A stretch of 10,816 nt of DNA from Candidatus Nanohalobium sp. (lineage in GTDB: Archaea; Nanohalarchaeota; Nanosalinia; Nanosalinales; Nanosalinaceae): assembly GCA_042217545.1 (NCBI GenBank), contig JBDGSM010000030.1, positions 1 to 10,816 of the forward strand. The letters are read 5' to 3'. Under the pieces are notes generated by a model. The model was not told where the DNA came from. It ran no database searches and worked only from the letters and a program-made list of their open reading frames with translations. Shown one piece after another: positions 8,359-10,816 of this stretch. The position numbers and the translations under genes are program-made. The stretch's first letter is position 1, and the number at the start of each line of letters is the position of its first letter.

Positions 8359-8452
8359 GAAAACACCTGCATGTTTTCGGCTATTCGAAACCCGTGGAGT
8401 TTCTCCTACCAAGAAAACTCCGTTTTCGCTATTCCGAAAATCTGCGATTTTC
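8359..8452. repeat. Intergenic multi-hairpin element (rpl14-rpl24 spacer)
   Basis: GAAAACA-CCTGCA-TGTTTTC (8359-8378, contains the rpl24 SD), imperfect GGAGTTTCT...AGAAAACTCC (8396-8421) and GAAAATC-TGC-GATTTTC (8436-8452). Confidence 0.85.
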
Positions 8453-8456
8453 ATCT

Positions 8457-8858
8457 TTAGACCACCTGTGATGCGATTTTTCCGATTGGGCTGAAGCGCT
8501 GGACTACTTCCTTTGCGATAGGCCCACGGGTTACTGATCCTTTTGGTAGAAGGTTGTCTTCTTCGACGAGGACTGCTGCGTTGTCCTCGAACTTTACTCT
8601 GAGGCCTTCAGGCCTCTGGTATTCTTTTGCCTGTCTTACGACAACTGCGTCGAAGACCTGGTGTTTGACTTCCTGGTCTCCCTTCAGTACTTTTACTTTG
8701 ACGATGTCTCCGACTCCTGCGGAGTTTCTCCTGCTTCTTCGTCCTTTCTGGATTCTTACTCCGATGATCTTCAGCTTCTTTGCTCCGGAATTGTCTGCGC
8801 ATGTAAGTTCTGCGCCGATGTCCAGGGTCCTTGTAATATTTGCTCCCAGTGGCTTCAT
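8457..8858 (-). CDS. rpl14: 50S ribosomal protein uL14
   Basis: CADNSGAK, AGVGD, AVVVRQ, VKFEDNAAVLV and GPIAKEV motifs. Confidence 0.99.
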   Translation of the reverse strand: MKPLGANITRTLDIGAELTCADNSGAKKLKIIGVRIQKGRRSRRNSAGVGDIVKVKVLKGDQEVKHQVFDAVVVRQAKEYQRPEGLRVKFEDNAAVLVEEDNLLPKGSVTRGPIAKEVVQRFSPIGKIASQVV

Positions 8859-8859
8859 C

Positions 8860-9198
8860 TTACTCTTCCTCCTCTTGTCCGTTGTTTCTGATCTGTACGA
8901 TTACAGCGGATTTTGTCTTGGAGATAGGTCTTGACTCGACTATGCCTACTTTGTCGCCTTCTTCGACTTCAAGGCATTCAGGTACGTGCGCCGTGATCTT
9001 TGTGTTCCTCCTCTCCTTTCTCTCGTATTTAGGGACGCTTTCTGCTGTTTCCCATCTTACTGTTGCGGATTTCTGCATCTTGGTGGACTGCACTTCTCCC
9101 GTGAAAGTACTTCCTCTAACGGAGAGATCTCCGTGGAACGGGCAGTGCTTATCCTCGCATTCTTGTTCTGGTTCTTTTACGTCAAGTCCGATTCCCAC
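8860..9198 (-). CDS. rps17: 30S ribosomal protein uS17
   Basis: CEDKHCPFHGDLSVRG, KMQKSATV, PKYERKE and RPISKTKS motifs. Likely start is the GTG at 9198, preceded by SD AGGTGA, rather than the TTG at 9216. Confidence 0.97.
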   Translation of the reverse strand: MGIGLDVKEPEQECEDKHCPFHGDLSVRGSTFTGEVQSTKMQKSATVRWETAESVPKYERKERRNTKITAHVPECLEVEEGDKVGIVESRPISKTKSAVIVQIRNNGQEEEE

Positions 9199-9224
9199 TG
9201 ATTGTTCACCTTTCAAACTGTCGT

Positions 9225-9404
9225 AAACCTGAAAGATCTGTGAACTTTTTAAACCGTCTTACTTCAGGCAAAAAGAGAGCAATACGCTATAAGCGATTTT
9301 CTCATGCTCCTCCTGAAGTATCGCCTCCGACCTGAAACCCGGACAACAGGTTTCAAGGCCTTCACCGACTTCAAGTGGTCGAAAGGCTCACGCCTTTCAG
9401 GCTT
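9225..9404. other. Palindrome-dense intergenic element (structured RNA leader or IS200/IS605-derived miniature element)
   Basis: Inverted repeats TACTTCAGG/CCTGAAGTA (9260-9320), TGAAACC/GGTTTCA (9333-9355), GCCTCCGACC/GGTCGAAAGGC (9323-9387) and GAAAGGC-TCAC-GCCTTTC (9381-9398), plus an outer 10/11 inverted repeat at 9225-9235 and 9394-9404. Confidence 0.55.
9246..9253 (-). promoter_or_regulatory. TATA box (TTTAAAAA) for the rps17-secY transcript
   Basis: Minus strand reads AAGACGGTTTAAAAAG about 47 nt upstream of the rps17 GTG. A promoter is plausible here because an opposite-strand gene interrupts the operon upstream. Confidence 0.6.
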
Positions 9405-9428
9405 GTAGTCATGAACGAGAAGCTAAAC

Positions 9429-9436
9429 TTTAAAAG
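9429..9436 (+). promoter_or_regulatory. TATA box (TTTAAAAG) upstream of the plus-strand gene
   Basis: GAAGCTAAAC-TTTAAAAG about 57 nt upstream of the ATG at 9494, which has SD-like AGGTGG before it. Confidence 0.5.
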
Positions 9437-9493
9437 GGTGGTTAAGTTCGGGAGGCTTTTTTTGAGTTTTGAGTGGGAAGGTGGTTTCCACTG

Positions 9494-9954
9494 ATGTTAG
9501 AGGGGACAGGCCTGGCGGTGCATGGTTATGGGAGGTATGTGGATGAGGAGGCTTTCAGGGATGCAGGTGTCGAGCTTTCGGGTGAGATGGCTGTTTATGG
9601 TGTAAAGGCCTCGAACTTCTCGGATGATTTGATTGGTGGTTTTTACGAGGATACTTTTTCAGATATTCCGGGAGGGAGGAACGGGCTGTGGGTTCCCGTT
9701 TTCTTGAGGATCTGGAGGGGCCTTTCTACGTTTTTGGTGGTCTTGTTAGCGAGTGTGTGCCTGGTGCGGTCTACTCCGTCCTGAGTTCGGGTGAGGAGGC
9801 CTATGTCGTAGAAGATGCTTCGTTTGAGAAGCTCGGTGAGGATGAGTTCTTGAGTTACAGTGAGATGAGGGGTTCTGATGAGGATTATTCTGACGTGTTT
9901 CAGGATCTGTACATGCTTGGTGTTGATACTGTGAAGCTGGAAGATATCTTCTAG
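9494..9954 (+). pseudogene. Frameshifted gene, divergent isochorismatase/cysteine-hydrolase-like protein (~153 aa if rejoined)
   Basis: ORF 9494-9784 is acidic up to EDTFSDIPG. The overlapping frame (open 9628-9954) is acidic from REERAVGSRFLEDLEG and contains FGGLVSECVPGAVYSVLSSGEEAYVVEDAS, resembling the G..t..CV......G..v.vv.DA motif. The one-base shift falls near CCGGGAGGGAGG (9668-9679). Confidence 0.55.
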
Positions 9955-9959
9955 AAATT

Positions 9960-9986
9960 GTAAAGTAAGAGAAAAGTGGATATGTG
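9960..9986 (-). terminator. Putative pyrimidine-rich terminator downstream of SUI1
   Basis: The mRNA strand reads CACATATCCACTTTTCTCTTACTTTAC in the gap between convergent genes. Confidence 0.45.
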
Positions 9987-10009
9987 AGGGAATTTACGGA
10001 TTAAAGGCC

Positions 10010-10321
10010 CTAGGCTTCTACTTCGATGTTGCTGCGTTCGAAGCCTTCGTCGACCAGGATGTCTACGATTCTCCGGGTGTGGTCTCCCTGGAGTTCGATG
10101 TGGCCGTCTTTGGCGGTTCCGCCACACGCTAACTTGGATTTGAGTGTGGAGGCCAGGTCGTCGAGGTCTACTGAGTCTTCGAGGCCTTCGACGACGGTCA
10201 TCTCTTTGTTGTAGCTCCTTGTGTCGATTTTGACTGTGATTTTCTGATCCTCGCGTGCGATGCTGTCGCAGACGCAGAGGTCTTCAGGCATTCCGCATTT
10301 CGGACATGTAGCTTCTGGCAT
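10010..10321 (-). CDS. sui1: Translation initiation factor SUI1 / aIF1
   Basis: CPKCGMPEDLCVC zinc knuckle and LKSKLACGGTAK.G.IELQGDH motif. Confidence 0.97.
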   Translation of the reverse strand: MPEATCPKCGMPEDLCVCDSIAREDQKITVKIDTRSYNKEMTVVEGLEDSVDLDDLASTLKSKLACGGTAKDGHIELQGDHTRRIVDILVDEGFERSNIEVEA

Positions 10322-10323
10322 TC

Positions 10324-10375
10324 AAAGATCACCTTTGCTGTGATCTTTTGTGTGTCCAGAAATTCTTCGAATTTC
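10324..10375. repeat. Intergenic double-hairpin element (rpl29-SUI1 spacer)
   Basis: AAAGATCAC-CTTTGCT-GTGATCTTT (10324-10348, contains the SUI1 SD AGGTGATC) and GAAATTC-TTC-GAATTTC (10359-10375). Confidence 0.85.
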
Positions 10376-10388
10376 GTTCATTGATTAT

Positions 10389-10592
10389 CTAATCGGAGTT
10401 TTGTTCGTTGAGAACTGTTTTGATCCTTGCGATGGTTTTCTTCATCTCTTTGATCCGTCCTGGGTTGTCGGTAAATCCTCCGACTTCGATCTGTCCTCTT
10501 TCCTGGACCAGTTCCTTCTGAAGGTCGGTCATTCGTTCCTTGAGTTCGGATCTGTCCATGTTTCGGATCTCGTCGGCGGTTAGAATAGCCAC
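10389..10592 (-). CDS. rpl29: 50S ribosomal protein uL29
   Basis: MAILTADEIRNM...NPGRIKEMKKTIARIKTV; GTG start. Confidence 0.97.
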   Translation of the reverse strand: MAILTADEIRNMDRSELKERMTDLQKELVQERGQIEVGGFTDNPGRIKEMKKTIARIKTVLNEQNSD

Positions 10593-10618
10593 TGTTTAAT
10601 CACTCTCGTTGGAAATTT

Positions 10619-10816
10619 TTATTCTTTCTGGCGCTCTAGCCAGTCAGTGAATGTTGTCCGGTTTTTATTGTCTTCTTCTGCTTCCAGGAGTTCATCGAAG
10701 TCAGGATTCTCAAGATCAGCGATCATATCCTTCGCATCGCTGATAGTTCCCGAAACGATATCGTCATAATCGACTTCGTCGTCAGAATCTTCGGCTGAGG
10801 CCTCTTCAGTTTCTTC
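10619..10816 (-). CDS. 3' end of upstream gene, probably uS3 (acidic tail plus small helical domain); partial
   Basis: Open frame from the window edge: EETEEASAEDSDDEVDYDDIVSGTISDAKDMIADLENPDFDELLEAEEDNKNRTTFTDWLERQKE*. The uS3 assignment rests only on its position upstream of rpl29. Confidence 0.65.
   Translation of the reverse strand, partial: EETEEASAEDSDDEVDYDDIVSGTISDAKDMIADLENPDFDELLEAEEDNKNRTTFTDWLERQKE

Noticed and set aside
327..9226. Many plus-strand Ser/Phe/Leu-rich ORFs (e.g. 3190-3930, 7620-8096)
   Set aside because: Antisense shadows of GAA-rich ribosomal protein genes.
9225..9404. RNase P RNA or tRNA in the rnp1 slot
   Set aside because: No GAGGAAAGUCC P4 motif, and no T-loop or cloverleaf on either strand.
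1..10816. Frequent GATC and TCGA tetramers
   Set aside because: Only modestly above expectation by eye and explicable by ATC, GAT and GAA codon contexts, unlike AGGCCT.

Overview
Archaeal S10-spc ribosomal protein cluster on the minus strand: 3' end of probable rps3, rpl29, SUI1/aIF1, [interruption], rps17, rpl14, rpl24, rps4e, rpl5, rps14, rps8, rpl6, rpl32e, rpl19e, rpl18, rps5, rpl30, rpl15, secY, then a DUF106/EMC3-type membrane insertase. Very acidic cytoplasmic proteins, moderate GC and compact genes point to a halophilic DPANN archaeon, probably Nanohaloarchaeota (inference). The genes are ordinary, but several layers on top of them are not. (1) The palindrome AGGCCT occurs 29 times by hand count, against about 2.6 expected at equal base frequencies, in all three codon phases and between genes, like a highly iterated palindrome. 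(2) Three operon spacers share one architecture: a GAAAWTC-GNA-GAWTTTC mini-hairpin followed by a hairpin that contains the Shine-Dalgarno of the next gene. (3) The slot often holding rnp1 (RNase P p29) instead holds a frameshifted, oppositely oriented cysteine-hydrolase-like gene and a ~180-nt palindrome-dense element between divergent TATA boxes. (4) uL24 and probable uS3 carry long acidic C-terminal extensions, while predicted extracellular loops of SecY and DUF106 are poor in acidic residues.
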